A program made the translations under genes and the position numbers. Below are positions 10,546 to 19,962 of a DNA stretch of 64,000 nt, in pieces. Under the pieces are notes generated by a model. It ran no database searches. It was not told the DNA's origin and saw nothing but the letters and a program-made list of their open reading frames with translations. How positions within the stretch are numbered: position 1 is the first letter of the stretch; the number at the start of each line of letters is the position of its first letter. Source of the DNA: Bacilli bacterium (GTDB taxonomy: Bacteria; Bacillota; Bacilli; Bacillales; Amphibacillaceae); the NCBI GenBank assembly GCA_012518125.1, contig JAAYTF010000070.1, forward strand, positions 1,673 through 65,672, read 5' to 3'.

Positions 10546-12332
10546 ATGCGAAAGTCAATCCCTTCACAGTGATATAAATTGACGATTGTCTTCGCTTCTT
10601 TTGTTTTTGGCTTCACCGCATCGTCTTTAAGCGGCTTGAATTTCACGCTCGACAAATGATAGTTCAATGTCTCCAAGCCTTTGAAAAGCGCCGCTTGCAA
10701 AGGTTTCGACCGTTTCGGAAGCGAGTCGCTGAGCTCGTTGTAAATCGTCAGCGTCACCACCCGCTTTTGGATGTTCATATCGATGATCGTTTCCTGCAAA
10801 TGCTCTAAATGCAAGAAGAATAATATCCGACAAAAGTCGGTGTCGATTTTTCCGTCTTTCGTCTTGCGGCTTTCAAATTGCATGAACAAGTCTTCCGGTA
10901 AACCTAGTTTTGCTCCAGGCAATTGCAAATATGCTTGGAACAGATTGTTTTCTTCCCGCGTTTGCAATTGCAAACCGGAAATATAATGGATCATCTGTTG
11001 AACATTCTCAAGCGGTGCACGTTCATCGTGGCTCATTTGTAGCAATAATGCCTTGATCGACTGTTGTATATTGAGCGGAGGTGGCAATCGATTTTCTTGT
11101 TGCAAAAATGTTTGCTTCAAGCTCGCTTCGTTGTTCAAACCTAACGTTTCTAACGTTTGCGTTACATGGACCAAGAAACGGGCTGAAATCCATTCGCTCT
11201 TTGGCGGCGCTTCATTTCCGCCAGAAGCCGCTTCCAACAGCAAAGAATAAAGTTCAGGGCGCGTCAACGTATTGAAGAGGGACGCCAACTGTTGAACACT
11301 TGTTTCGTTGTTTGCTTGAATGAGCGAACTTATCGCCTGTTGCATCGATTTAGGAAGAAGCGGCAGCAAGTGATTCGTGATTTTTTGCTTGATGAGTTTT
11401 ACATCCGTTACGTCTAGATTTCGGATCCGTTCCTGCGGCAATGCTTCAAACATTTGCGCCAAGACTTTCAAAATCGGTTTATATTGCTTTAAAAATTGCA
11501 ATATTTCAACATGTTGATCCGTTTTTCCGATATGAGCGCGCAAATCTTGGACAAGCGTAATGGATGATGCTTTGCCGTTTAATTGTTCAAATAACCGGTT
11601 CGTGTAATTCGTCACGGCTTCTTCGTTTTCAAGCGGAAGCAGTCCAAGCGAAGATAAGCTCTGGACGAGTTGTCCGACTTGTTCTTTCGGAACGTTGGCA
11701 AGTTGTTCCGTTGCACGAGGGAATATGAGATTGGCGATGAGCGAACGCAATGCATTCGTTTCATTTCCAGGAGGAGCGGCATTGATCGCTTGCAGCGTGT
11801 TGTTGAGCGCACTGCTCAAACTCTGGTTTTGAACGGCAAAAAGCGCCCGGAACACATTTTCTTCCATAGGAAACTTTTGTGCGATCATTTGTTGTAAAAC
11901 CGTCTGCACCTTGCTGCTTTGGCCGAACATGTCCATCAACTGGATCGCTTTAGCGAGGTCGCTGCGATTGAAAGGAATGCGCTCTTTAACGAGCGATTGA
12001 ACAAAGGCAACCGATGCGTTTGAAATCTTCAGCTCAAGGTGCGAAAGCAGCGAGACGATATGATCGGGATGGACCCCTTTTATTTTCTCGCCGATCACTT
12101 GCAATTGGATCGTACCATCCTGTTTCAATCCGACTTGAAAAATATAGCGGCCGCCGACTTCAAGGCCCGTTTTAATTTCCGCTATGAAACGATGGCCCCC
12201 TATTTGCACTTCTGCATGGTTGTTCGGATACAATTTATTGATTTTCCCTTGCACGATCTGCCCCTCGCGCAACACGATAGCAGCTTCTTCGGTTTTCGCC
12301 ATCCGCTCGGAAGGGACTCTTGAAATTTGCAT
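10542..12332 (-). CDS. ylqG: Q/L/N-rich protein with a C-terminal FliK-like (flagellar hook-length control, Flg_hook) region (YlqG family)
   Basis: 596 aa. A TAGGAGG SD lies 7 nt before the ATG at 12332. Its position between rnhB and ylqH matches B. subtilis ylqG. The C-terminal roughly 100 aa (LQLPGAKLGLPEDLFMQFE...VVTLTIYNE...LQAALFKGLETLNYHLSSVKF) has the alternating pattern of FliK C-domains. The domain call is made by eye only. Confidence 0.7.
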   Translation of the reverse strand: MQISRVPSERMAKTEEAAIVLREGQIVQGKINKLYPNNHAEVQIGGHRFIAEIKTGLEVGGRYIFQVGLKQDGTIQLQVIGEKIKGVHPDHIVSLLSHLELKISNASVAFVQSLVKERIPFNRSDLAKAIQLMDMFGQSSKVQTVLQQMIAQKFPMEENVFRALFAVQNQSLSSALNNTLQAINAAPPGNETNALRSLIANLIFPRATEQLANVPKEQVGQLVQSLSSLGLLPLENEEAVTNYTNRLFEQLNGKASSITLVQDLRAHIGKTDQHVEILQFLKQYKPILKVLAQMFEALPQERIRNLDVTDVKLIKQKITNHLLPLLPKSMQQAISSLIQANNETSVQQLASLFNTLTRPELYSLLLEAASGGNEAPPKSEWISARFLVHVTQTLETLGLNNEASLKQTFLQQENRLPPPLNIQQSIKALLLQMSHDERAPLENVQQMIHYISGLQLQTREENNLFQAYLQLPGAKLGLPEDLFMQFESRKTKDGKIDTDFCRILFFLHLEHLQETIIDMNIQKRVVTLTIYNELSDSLPKRSKPLQAALFKGLETLNYHLSSVKFKPLKDDAVKPKTKEAKTIVNLYHCEGIDFRI

Positions 12333-12344
12333 TTAGTTAGCCTC

Positions 12345-13136
12345 CTAAAACGCGTCTTTGAAAAGATTTGCCACAGGCGCAAACGATTTGCGATGAATCG
12401 GCGATGGACCATATGTTTTTAATGCAGCGAGATGTTTTTTTGAACCGTACCCTTTATTTCGTTTAAAATCGTACTCTGGATATTGTTCGTGCAGTTCGTC
12501 CATCAAACGGTCGCGCGTGACTTTCGCTAAAATGCTGGCGCTAGCGATCGCCAAACTTTTCGCATCTCCTTTTTCGATCGCGATCGTTTTGTTATTATTC
12601 GATTCGATCTTTACCGCATCGACGAGCGTAATATCCGGCGTGACCGGCAACTTTTCAAGCGCCTCTTTCATGCTCCGTTTTGTCGCTTCTAAAATGTTCA
12701 ACCGATCGATCGTTTCATTGTCGACGACGCTGATCGCATAAGCGACTGCGTTTTTCGTAATGAAATCATAACATTCATTCCGCTTCTTTTCAGTCAATTG
12801 CTTTGAGTCGGTGAGCCCGACGAATTCAAAATCATCCGGCAACACGACTGCAGCGGATACGACAGGTCCAGCCAACGGTCCGCGGCCAGCTTCATCGATG
12901 CCGGCGATGATGGCACCACTTTTCATTTTAAACTGTTCGTCAAACCGCTTTAAGCGTTGGAATGCCGCCCGCTCCTTTTCCAGCCGCGCTTTTTTGCGCT
13001 CATAAGTTTTTAACAATTGTTGGACGCCTTTTCGTTCATCTCTCTTAAGTTCGTTTATTTGCTCTTCCGTCAATAAATCGTCTTCAAGCAACTGTTTGAT
13101 TTGGGAAATGGAAAATGTCTTCATCGTTTCCGTCAA
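12345..13136 (-). CDS. rnhB: Ribonuclease HII
   Basis: GIDEAGRGPLAGPVV...LTDSKQL...AIASASILAKVTRD...YGSKKH. The start is ambiguous between the TTG at 13136 and the ATG at 13124. Confidence 0.93.
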   Translation of the reverse strand: MTETMKTFSISQIKQLLEDDLLTEEQINELKRDERKGVQQLLKTYERKKARLEKERAAFQRLKRFDEQFKMKSGAIIAGIDEAGRGPLAGPVVSAAVVLPDDFEFVGLTDSKQLTEKKRNECYDFITKNAVAYAISVVDNETIDRLNILEATKRSMKEALEKLPVTPDITLVDAVKIESNNNKTIAIEKGDAKSLAIASASILAKVTRDRLMDELHEQYPEYDFKRNKGYGSKKHLAALKTYGPSPIHRKSFAPVANLFKDAF

Positions 13137-13192
13137 CCTTTCATATGTATATTATCGGCAAATAGCGGCGGTTTCTGAAATGCATGAAGGGC

Positions 13193-13224
13193 ATAAAAAA
13201 AGCTCCCTTGTCAAATCGGAGCTT
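13193..13224 (-). terminator. Intrinsic terminator overlapping the 3' end of rbgA
   Basis: On the minus strand, AAGCTCC-GATTTGACAAG-GGAGCTT is followed by TTTTTTA. The first arm lies inside the last rbgA codons. Confidence 0.65.
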
Positions 13225-14053
13225 CTTCTAAACTGATGCGGCCAAGCTTTCCGGAACGGAAATCTTGCAAAACGATTTCGGCCACTTTATCAAAATTTAC
13301 GTGCCCCCCGCTTTCAAGGGCGCCGCGGAGCCGGCCGATTTCTTCAAAAATCGTCCACATATCTTTTCGTTCATGTATCGGATACCGTTCCAAGAACAAT
13401 CCGCGATAATGTTCGAGCAAATATTTGATGACGAATGCCGCCACATCCTGCTCCGGCGTCAATTCGTACTTGATGGTGCCGATGGCGGCAAGTTTCAAGC
13501 CGATTTCTTCCGTTTCGAATTTCGGCCAAAGGATACCCGGCGTATCCAACAGTTCAAATTTCCCCCGAACTTTGATCCACTGTTTTTGTCGCGTGACGCC
13601 GGGACGGTCGCCGATTTTGGCGATTTTTTTGCCGGCCAAGCGATTGATCAACGTCGATTTGCCCACATTCGGAATTCCGACGATCATCGCGCGGATCGGA
13701 CGGTTGACGACCCCTTTTTCCCGCAATCGCCTGAGCTTCTCTTCGCCGACGCGGTAAACGAGGTCGACGAGGGCGGAAACATCTTTCTTCTCGTTGGCAT
13801 TTACGGCGATGGCACGTTCGTTCTGTCCGTCGAAATACTCAAGCCAACGATCCGTTTTTTCCTCGTCGGCCAAATCTTTTTTCATTAAAACGATGATCTT
13901 CTGTTTGTTGCCGATCACCTCTTGCAGCAGGGGGTTTTGCGAACTGGAAGGAATTCTTGCATCGACCAGTTCGATGACGAGATCGACGAGCGACAAGTTT
14001 TCCTGAATCTCTCGTTTCGTTTTTGCCATATGTCCGGGAAACCATTGAATCAC
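13211..14053 (-). CDS. rbgA: Ribosome biogenesis GTPase A (YlqF)
   Basis: [15 protein letters not shown]...circularly permuted GTPase motifs ([12 protein letters not shown]...[14 protein letters not shown]...DTPGIL). I prefer the GTG at 14053, which follows GACGGTG by 6 nt and reproduces the B. subtilis N-terminus. The ORF-track start is 14062. Confidence 0.93.
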   Translation of the reverse strand: MIQWFPGHMAKTKREIQENLSLVDLVIELVDARIPSSSQNPLLQEVIGNKQKIIVLMKKDLADEEKTDRWLEYFDGQNERAIAVNANEKKDVSALVDLVYRVGEEKLRRLREKGVVNRPIRAMIVGIPNVGKSTLINRLAGKKIAKIGDRPGVTRQKQWIKVRGKFELLDTPGILWPKFETEEIGLKLAAIGTIKYELTPEQDVAAFVIKYLLEHYRGLFLERYPIHERKDMWTIFEEIGRLRGALESGGHVNFDKVAEIVLQDFRSGKLGRISLEEAPI

Positions 14054-14068
14054 GTATATCACCGTCTT

Positions 14069-14635
14069 TTATTCAACAATTTGCATGCGGCTCGGTGGCC
14101 AATAAATGATGTTCGTTTTGCCGACGACTTGGTCGAGCGGAACCAAACCAAGGTCGTCATGTCTACTATCTGTAGAATTGTGGCGATTATCCCCCAAAAC
14201 GAAAATGTACCCTTCCGGAATCCGTTCATAATTGCCTTTTAAATCTTCCAAACGGAAATCCGCTGTTTTGACACGGAATAAGCTGTCGCTTTGGCCGTTG
14301 TTTTCCAAAAACGGCTGTTCAACCGGTTTGCCGTTTATATATAAAACGTCGTCTTTCACCATGACGTGTTCTCCGGGGAGTCCGATGACTCGTTTGATGA
14401 AATCTTTTTGTTCAGAGGCATGGAATACGACGATATCGAATCGTTCCGGTTCTTTGAAGCGGTACGTGATTTTATCGACGATCATCTGATCTTTTGAATA
14501 TAGAGTTGGTTGCATCGATGGACCATCGACGATGATTGGCGAAAATAAAAACGTCCGCACGAACAATGCGACGAGGAGTGCGATGATGACGAGCTTCAAT
14601 ATGCTTAGCCATTCACGTTTTTTTTGTTTTGCCAT
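14069..14635 (-). CDS. lepB: Signal peptidase I
   Basis: N-terminal TM segment. Catalytic Ser box reads DGPSMQPTL. Lys box reads KRVIGLPGE. A GDNRHNSTDSR box is present. A GGGAGGAA SD precedes the ATG at 14635. Confidence 0.93.
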   Translation of the reverse strand: MAKQKKREWLSILKLVIIALLVALFVRTFLFSPIIVDGPSMQPTLYSKDQMIVDKITYRFKEPERFDIVVFHASEQKDFIKRVIGLPGEHVMVKDDVLYINGKPVEQPFLENNGQSDSLFRVKTADFRLEDLKGNYERIPEGYIFVLGDNRHNSTDSRHDDLGLVPLDQVVGKTNIIYWPPSRMQIVE

Positions 14636-14715
14636 CAATGTTCCTCCCAACTCGACGTGAACCAAGAAACATATATGAACTTTCGCATGAATTTATGTCC
14701 CCAACTCTATTATAA

Positions 14716-14757
14716 TTTTAAAAAAGGAGCTTGCAAAATGCAGAGCTCCTTTTTTCT
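14716..14757 (-). terminator. Intrinsic terminator after rplS (hairpin flanked by A/T runs on both sides)
   Basis: AAGGAGCT (14724-14731) pairs with AGCTCCTT (14744-14751). T-runs are present on both strands. Confidence 0.8.
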
Positions 14758-14776
14758 GTACGATCGTTCTAAGATT

Positions 14777-15121
14777 TTACATTCTTTCTTGAATTCGAGC
14801 CGCTTTACCGCGTCGTTCGCGCAAGTAATTCAACTTCGCACGGCGTACTTTACCACGACGCACCACTTCGATTTTTTCAATGCGTGGTGAATGTAACGGG
14901 AATGTACGTTCAACACCTACACCGTAAGAAATTTTTCTTACCGTAAATGTTTCGTGGATGCCGCCGTTTTGTCTTTTAAGCACAACTCCTTCAAACACCT
15001 GGATTCTTTCGCGGTTTCCTTCAACGACTTTCGCGTGTACGCGGACTGTATCTCCAGGGCGGAAGTCAGGAATGTCGGTGCGCAATTGATCTTTCGTCAA
15101 GTTATGAATCAATTCTTGCAT
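14777..15121 (-). CDS. rplS: 50S ribosomal protein L19
   Basis: [47 protein letters not shown]... is colinear with B. subtilis L19. A GGAAGGAG SD precedes the ATG at 15121. The ORF-track start at 15208 is a leader-spanning extension. Confidence 0.96.
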   Translation of the reverse strand: MQELIHNLTKDQLRTDIPDFRPGDTVRVHAKVVEGNRERIQVFEGVVLKRQNGGIHETFTVRKISYGVGVERTFPLHSPRIEKIEVVRRGKVRRAKLNYLRERRGKAARIQERM

Positions 15122-15210
15122 TTGTTTCACTCCTTCCAAACCAATGTTCATACTCGAAATCATTTCGAATAGCGGAACATCGTTTATCGGCTTAAAACGT
15201 TTAAGCACAT
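15122..15210 (-). promoter_or_regulatory. Probable ribosomal protein L19 leader (autoregulatory 5' UTR)
   Basis: The 5' UTR is about 90 nt and has two hairpins, GCTTAAA-CGT-TTTAAGC and TCGAAA-TGA-TTTCGA, just before the SD. An L19 leader family is known upstream of rplS in Bacilli. No covariance model was run. Confidence 0.4.
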
Positions 15211-15215
15211 CTAAT

Positions 15216-15245
15216 AATATAACATACTTTTTTAAAAATTAACAA
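15216..15245 (-). promoter_or_regulatory. Putative sigma-A promoter for rplS
   Basis: The minus strand reads TTGTTA (15245-15240), an 18-nt spacer and an extended -10 TGtTATATT (15224-15216). It lies immediately after the trmD stop codon. Confidence 0.45.
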
Positions 15246-15248
15246 GTA

Positions 15249-16004
15249 TTATCGTAAAGGTTCGCTCTTTTCTTCTCGATAAATTTCTTGCAAAAGTTCT
15301 TCCTGTTCTTTCGTCAACGTTATTTTTTTCAGCAAATCCGGACGTCGTTTCAGCGTGCGGCGGAGCGATTCTTTCATCCGCCAACGTTCAATTTTCGCGT
15401 GATTCCCTTGCAGCAAGACTTCCGGTACTTTCATGCCGCGGAAATCGGCCGGCCGCGTATAATGTGGATGTTCGAGCAATCCTGTCGAAAATGAATCTTG
15501 TTTCGGCGATTGTTCATTGCCCAGGACACCTGGAAGCAAACGGACGACGCTGTCGATGACGACCATCGCACCGATTTCGCCGCTCGTTAATACGTAATCC
15601 CCGATGGAAATTTCATCGGTCGCCAAATATGTCCGGATCCGCTCATCGTAGCCTTCGTAATGGCCGCAAATGATGATCAAATGTTCTTCTTGTGCCAACT
15701 CCTCCGCTTTTTTTTGCGTATACGTCTCTCCTTGCGGGCACATTAAAATGACGCGCGGATGCTCCGTCGGACGGTTTTGCTTCGCGTATGCTACGGCGTC
15801 GAAAATCGGCTGCGGGGCCAAAACCATCCCCGCACCGCCGCCGTATGGATAGTCGTCCACTTTTTTATGTTTGTTCGCCGAAAATTCTCGGAAATTGATC
15901 AATTCGTAAGTGAAATGTCTTGCTTCGGCTGCACGTTTCATGATCGAACTGTTCAACATCCCTTCCAACATTTCGGGAAACAGCGTCAACACATCGATAT
16001 GCAT
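15249..16004 (-). CDS. trmD: tRNA (guanine37-N1)-methyltransferase
   Basis: [12 protein letters not shown]...[12 protein letters not shown]...[11 protein letters not shown]. Its ATG overlaps the rimM stop codon (TAATG). Confidence 0.96.
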   Translation of the reverse strand: MHIDVLTLFPEMLEGMLNSSIMKRAAEARHFTYELINFREFSANKHKKVDDYPYGGGAGMVLAPQPIFDAVAYAKQNRPTEHPRVILMCPQGETYTQKKAEELAQEEHLIIICGHYEGYDERIRTYLATDEISIGDYVLTSGEIGAMVVIDSVVRLLPGVLGNEQSPKQDSFSTGLLEHPHYTRPADFRGMKVPEVLLQGNHAKIERWRMKESLRRTLKRRPDLLKKITLTKEQEELLQEIYREEKSEPLR

Positions 16005-16519
16005 TAGTCCAATAATCCTTCCATCACTTCGATCGTGATCACTTTATGATCCACATCGACATGTTTTACGACAGGTTCGATGTGCGGAATGAGATATTCG
16101 TTATCGTTCTCGTCTTTTACGACGAAGACGTCATTTGCCCCCGGCGCCAAGATCGATTCGACGACGCCGATCGTTTCGCCTTCCGTCGTTTTCACCGTAC
16201 AGCCGATGATCTCATGATAGTAATATTCATTCGGACCGAGCTCAGTCAATTGCTCGTGCTTGATGTACAACATCTTCCCTTTGAACTTTTCCACATCATT
16301 GATGGAGTCATATCCGTTGAACTTCACCAACAAAATATGTTTATGAGGGCGGGAAGATTCGACCGTCAAAGGCAAAAGGCCCTCTTTTTCGTCTTTCAAG
16401 TAGACGGTCGCGCCAGGATCGAATCGTTCTGCAAAATCGGTTATTTGGCGAACTTTCACTTCCCCTTTGATACCGTGCGTGTTCATGATGAAGCCGACTT
16501 CGTAAAGTCTTTCTTCCAT
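16004..16519 (-). CDS. rimM: 16S rRNA processing protein RimM
   Basis: ...[16 protein letters not shown]...PRC-barrel C-terminus. I prefer the ATG at 16519. An alternative GTG lies at 16531. Confidence 0.92.
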   Translation of the reverse strand: MEERLYEVGFIMNTHGIKGEVKVRQITDFAERFDPGATVYLKDEKEGLLPLTVESSRPHKHILLVKFNGYDSINDVEKFKGKMLYIKHEQLTELGPNEYYYHEIIGCTVKTTEGETIGVVESILAPGANDVFVVKDENDNEYLIPHIEPVVKHVDVDHKVITIEVMEGLLD

Positions 16520-16599
16520 ATCGCACTTCACTCGCTTTTCTCGTCGATTTTTGTCCTACATATAGTTTACACGATCCCGCAACAAAAACATAACCGGTA

Positions 16600-16636
16600 G
16601 AAAATAAAATAAGCAGGAATGCTTCCCTCCTGCTTA
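16600..16636 (-). terminator. Intrinsic terminator between khpA/ylqC and rimM
   Basis: On the minus strand, AAGCAGGA...TCCTGCTT forms a stem (16610-16617 with 16627-16634) followed by ATTTTATTTT. Confidence 0.65.
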
Positions 16637-16642
16637 CGTCGA

Positions 16643-16870
16643 TTACATGATATCCAGATAGACGCGTTTCGTTTCGTCTGAATTGGCCGAATAGACGATC
16701 GTGCGGATCGCATTGGCGACCCGGCCGTTTTTACCGATGACTTTCCCGATATCGTCTTCGTTAACAAGCAAATGGTAGACGATTTTATTTCCTTCTTCAC
16801 GTCTTTCGACTTGAATGTCTTCAGGATGATCGACCAACGGTTTTACGAGTGAACGAATTAACAATTCCAT
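16643..16870 (-). CDS. ylqC: KH-domain RNA-binding protein (YlqC/KhpA family)
   Basis: 75 aa with a KH GxxG loop (IGKVIGKNGRVANAIR). It lies immediately downstream of rpsP, as in B. subtilis. Confidence 0.92.
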   Translation of the reverse strand: MELLIRSLVKPLVDHPEDIQVERREEGNKIVYHLLVNEDDIGKVIGKNGRVANAIRTIVYSANSDETKRVYLDIM

Positions 16871-16884
16871 CCTAATTCACTTCT

Positions 16885-17160
16885 TTACTTATTTTCATAC
16901 TTTCGTTCGTGGAACTTTTGCATGATGCCTTGTTTTGAGAACAAGTTGCGCACTGTATCGCTCGGCTGTGCGCCTTTTTGCATCCAATCGAGCGCTTTTT
17001 CTTCGTCGATTTTAACCGTCACCGGATCGGTCAATGGATTGTAATAACCGATTTCTTCGATAAAACGTCCATCGCGTGGTGAACGTGAGTCTGCAACCAC
17101 GATGCGATAGAAAGGCTTTTTCTTCGCACCCATTCTTCTTAAACGAATTCGAACTGCCAA
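16885..17160 (-). CDS. rpsP: 30S ribosomal protein S16
   Basis: [42 protein letters not shown]. Confidence 0.97.
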   Translation of the reverse strand: MAVRIRLRRMGAKKKPFYRIVVADSRSPRDGRFIEEIGYYNPLTDPVTVKIDEEKALDWMQKGAQPSDTVRNLFSKQGIMQKFHERKYENK

Positions 17161-17250
17161 CTTTTCTACACCTCCATAACGAATTTCACAATTATATAGT
17201 CTAGCATGCTTTTTCCGTTGTGTAAAGTATTTTTACATGACGGCATCCTA

Positions 17251-18597
17251 TTACATGAATGGGAAGGTAAAACCTTTCCCTTTCTTGCCTTTCTTTTGCA
17301 TATTCGCCATTTGTTTCATCATTTTTTTCATTTCGTTGAATTGTTTTACGAGCCGATTCACTTGGGCGACGGTCGTTCCGGAGCCTTTTGCAATCCGGCG
17401 TTTGCGGCTCGCATTCAAAATTTGCGGGTTTTCGCGTTCTTCTTTCGTCATCGATAAAATGATCGCTTCAATATGCTTGAGCTGTTTTTCATCGAATTGA
17501 ACGTTTTTTAAGCCACGGATTTTGTTTGCGCCAGGCAGCATGCTTAACAGTTCATCGAGCGGCCCCATTTTTTTCACTTGTTCCATCTGTTCGAGGAAAT
17601 CATCGAGCGTAAACGACATCGTGCGCATTTTTTCTTCCATTTCTTTCGCCTTTTTCTCATCGATCGTCGCTTGCGCTTTTTCAATTAGCGAGAGCATATC
17701 GCCCATGCCGAGGATGCGGGACGCCATCCGGTCCGGATGGAATTCTTCCAACTGATCGAGCTTTTCGCCCATACCGACGAATTTGATCGGCTTGCCGGTC
17801 ACCGCTTTGATCGACAACGCCGCCCCGCCGCGCGTGTCGCCGTCAAGTTTCGTCAAAATAAGCCCGGTTATGTCCAGTTCTTTGTCGAACTGTTCGGCGA
17901 CGTTGACGGCATCTTGCCCCGTCATCGCATCGACGACGAGGAAAATTTCATCCGGCTTGGCCGCTTCTTTCATATCTTTCAACTCTTGCATCAATTCACC
18001 GTCGACATGCAGCCGGCCCGCTGTGTCGATAATGACGTAGTCGTGATGTTCCTCCTTTGCATACTCGAGCGCTTTTTTGGCAATGTCGACCGGATTTGCT
18101 TCCGTACCCATTTCAAACACCGGGATGTTCAGCTGCTTGCCCAACGTTTGCAATTGCTTGATCGCAGCTGGACGGTACACGTCACAGGCGACGAGCAACG
18201 GTTTGCGGTTATATTGTTTTCTTAAAAGATTTGCCAGTTTTCCCGTCGTCGTGGTTTTACCGGCTCCTTGCAATCCGGTCATCATAATGACGGTCGGCGG
18301 TTTATCGCTAACGGCAATTTTGCTTTGTGAACCGCCCATCAAATTGGTCAATTCATCTTTGACGATTTTGATCACTTGCTGACCGGGCGTCAAGCTTTCC
18401 ATCACTTCTTGCCCGACGGCCCGTTCTTTTATATCGTTGATGAATTGACGGACAACTTTGAAGTTTACGTCCGCTTCAAGCAAAGCGAGACGGATTTCGC
18501 GTGCCATCTGATTGACGTCTTGTTCGCTTACTTTCCCCTTGCCGGTGATTTTTTTGATCGTTTCTTGCAAACGGCTGGAAAGTCCTTCAAAGGCCAA
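17251..18597 (-). CDS. ffh: Signal recognition particle protein Ffh
   Basis: MAFEGLSSRLQETIKKITGKGKVSEQDV...GLQGAGKTTT...DTAGR...TKLDG. The C-terminus is a Met-rich M domain. Confidence 0.97.
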   Translation of the reverse strand: MAFEGLSSRLQETIKKITGKGKVSEQDVNQMAREIRLALLEADVNFKVVRQFINDIKERAVGQEVMESLTPGQQVIKIVKDELTNLMGGSQSKIAVSDKPPTVIMMTGLQGAGKTTTTGKLANLLRKQYNRKPLLVACDVYRPAAIKQLQTLGKQLNIPVFEMGTEANPVDIAKKALEYAKEEHHDYVIIDTAGRLHVDGELMQELKDMKEAAKPDEIFLVVDAMTGQDAVNVAEQFDKELDITGLILTKLDGDTRGGAALSIKAVTGKPIKFVGMGEKLDQLEEFHPDRMASRILGMGDMLSLIEKAQATIDEKKAKEMEEKMRTMSFTLDDFLEQMEQVKKMGPLDELLSMLPGANKIRGLKNVQFDEKQLKHIEAIILSMTKEERENPQILNASRKRRIAKGSGTTVAQVNRLVKQFNEMKKMMKQMANMQKKGKKGKGFTFPFM

Positions 18598-18615
18598 CTT
18601 GTTCCCCTACCTTTC

Positions 18616-18948
18616 TTAATCGATCATTTGCAGTTTCTCAACAATTTTCAGCGCCTCTTTTTGATCGACCGATTCTTTTTGCAACAATTGTTCGAGCCGT
18701 TTTAAATAGTCGCTGCGAATCACGAACTTCTCATAAAGACGCAATTTTTTTTCGTACATTTCAAGGAGCTGTTCGGTCCGTTTCAGCGTGTCATGCACCG
18801 CTTGCCGCGATACGTTATGATGCTCTGCGATTTCGCTCAACGAGTAATCTTCGCGATAGTACAGCTCCATATATTCCATCTGTTTTTTCGTGAGCAGCGG
18901 ATGATAAAAATCGTATAACATATTGATTCGAGTCGTTTTTTGCAACAT
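18616..18948 (-). CDS. ylxM: YlxM/p13-like putative helix-turn-helix protein of the SRP operon
   Basis: [42 protein letters not shown]... The ATG at 18948 lies 9 nt after AAGGA. The 110 aa length matches B. subtilis YlxM. Confidence 0.92.
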   Translation of the reverse strand: MLQKTTRINMLYDFYHPLLTKKQMEYMELYYREDYSLSEIAEHHNVSRQAVHDTLKRTEQLLEMYEKKLRLYEKFVIRSDYLKRLEQLLQKESVDQKEALKIVEKLQMID

Positions 18949-18960
18949 GGACACTCATCC

Positions 18961-19941
18961 TTATTCTTCTACTAAATCGGCAAACAGCCCGTATACGAAA
19001 GCGTGCGCGTCAAACGGGCGCAAGTCTTCGATCCCTTCGCCGAAACCGACGAGCTTCACCGGAATGTTCAGTTCGTTTTTAATGGCGATGACGATGCCAC
19101 CTTTGGCCGTACCGTCAAGTTTCGTCAACACGATTCCGGAAACGTCGGTCACTTCGGAAAATGTTTTTGCTTGGCTGAGTGCATTTTGCCCGGTCGTTGC
19201 ATCGAGGACGAGCAATACTTCGTGCGGCGCGTTCGGCACTTCCCGTTTGATGATGCGATGAATTTTTTCCAACTCTTTCATCAAGTTCACTTTGTTTTGC
19301 AAACGGCCGGCCGTATCGCAAATTAAAACGTCCGCTTCGCGCGATTTTGCCGCTTTGATCGCGTCGAAGATGACGGCCGCCGGATCGCTACCTTCAGCTT
19401 GCTTGATCACTTCCGCATTAGACCGCTTGCCCCATTCTTCAAGCTGTTCGATCGCGCCGGCCCGGAACGTATCGCCTGCAGCGAGCACCACTTTTTTGCC
19501 TTCTTTTGTAAGCTGTGCAGCGAGTTTCCCGATGGAAGTCGTCTTTCCGACGCCATTGACGCCGACGACCAAGAAGACCGTTAATCCGTCGGCTTGAAAA
19601 TTCAGTTCGGAAATCGATTCGTCCTCACCATTATAATAGATTTCCACCAACTTTTCAGAAATGACTTCAAGCATGGCTTTCGGTTCTTTGATGTTTTTTC
19701 TTTGCACTTCAAATTTCAAATCATCGATGAGGTCCATGACGGTCGTTACCCCGACATCCGCCAAAATCAACGTTTCTTCAAGCTCCTCGAAAAATTCCTC
19801 GTCGACTTGGCGGTAACGCGCGACGAGATCGTTCAATTTTTCGGTGAACGATTGTCTCGTGCGGTTCATGCCTTCTTTATATGTTTTTGCTTCTTCCTCT
19901 TTTTTTGAAAATTTGCTTTTTAGACGATTGAAAAATCCCAT
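18961..19941 (-). CDS. ftsY: Signal recognition particle receptor FtsY
   Basis: [14 protein letters not shown]...[16 protein letters not shown]...DTAGRL...[10 protein letters not shown]. An alternative ATG lies at 19950. Confidence 0.96.
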   Translation of the reverse strand: MGFFNRLKSKFSKKEEEAKTYKEGMNRTRQSFTEKLNDLVARYRQVDEEFFEELEETLILADVGVTTVMDLIDDLKFEVQRKNIKEPKAMLEVISEKLVEIYYNGEDESISELNFQADGLTVFLVVGVNGVGKTTSIGKLAAQLTKEGKKVVLAAGDTFRAGAIEQLEEWGKRSNAEVIKQAEGSDPAAVIFDAIKAAKSREADVLICDTAGRLQNKVNLMKELEKIHRIIKREVPNAPHEVLLVLDATTGQNALSQAKTFSEVTDVSGIVLTKLDGTAKGGIVIAIKNELNIPVKLVGFGEGIEDLRPFDAHAFVYGLFADLVEE

Positions 19942-19962
19942 CGTTTCCATTCCTTCCTCAAC

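Noticed and set aside
13265-13888. A 207-aa + strand ORF. Similar long antisense frames occur at 1530..2126, 16046..16600, 44423..45070, 17737..18225 and 21400..21903.
   Set aside because: All lie inside strongly supported minus-strand genes (rbgA, xerC, rimM, yloB, ffh, smc). They are stop-poor antisense frames and lack start-site signals.
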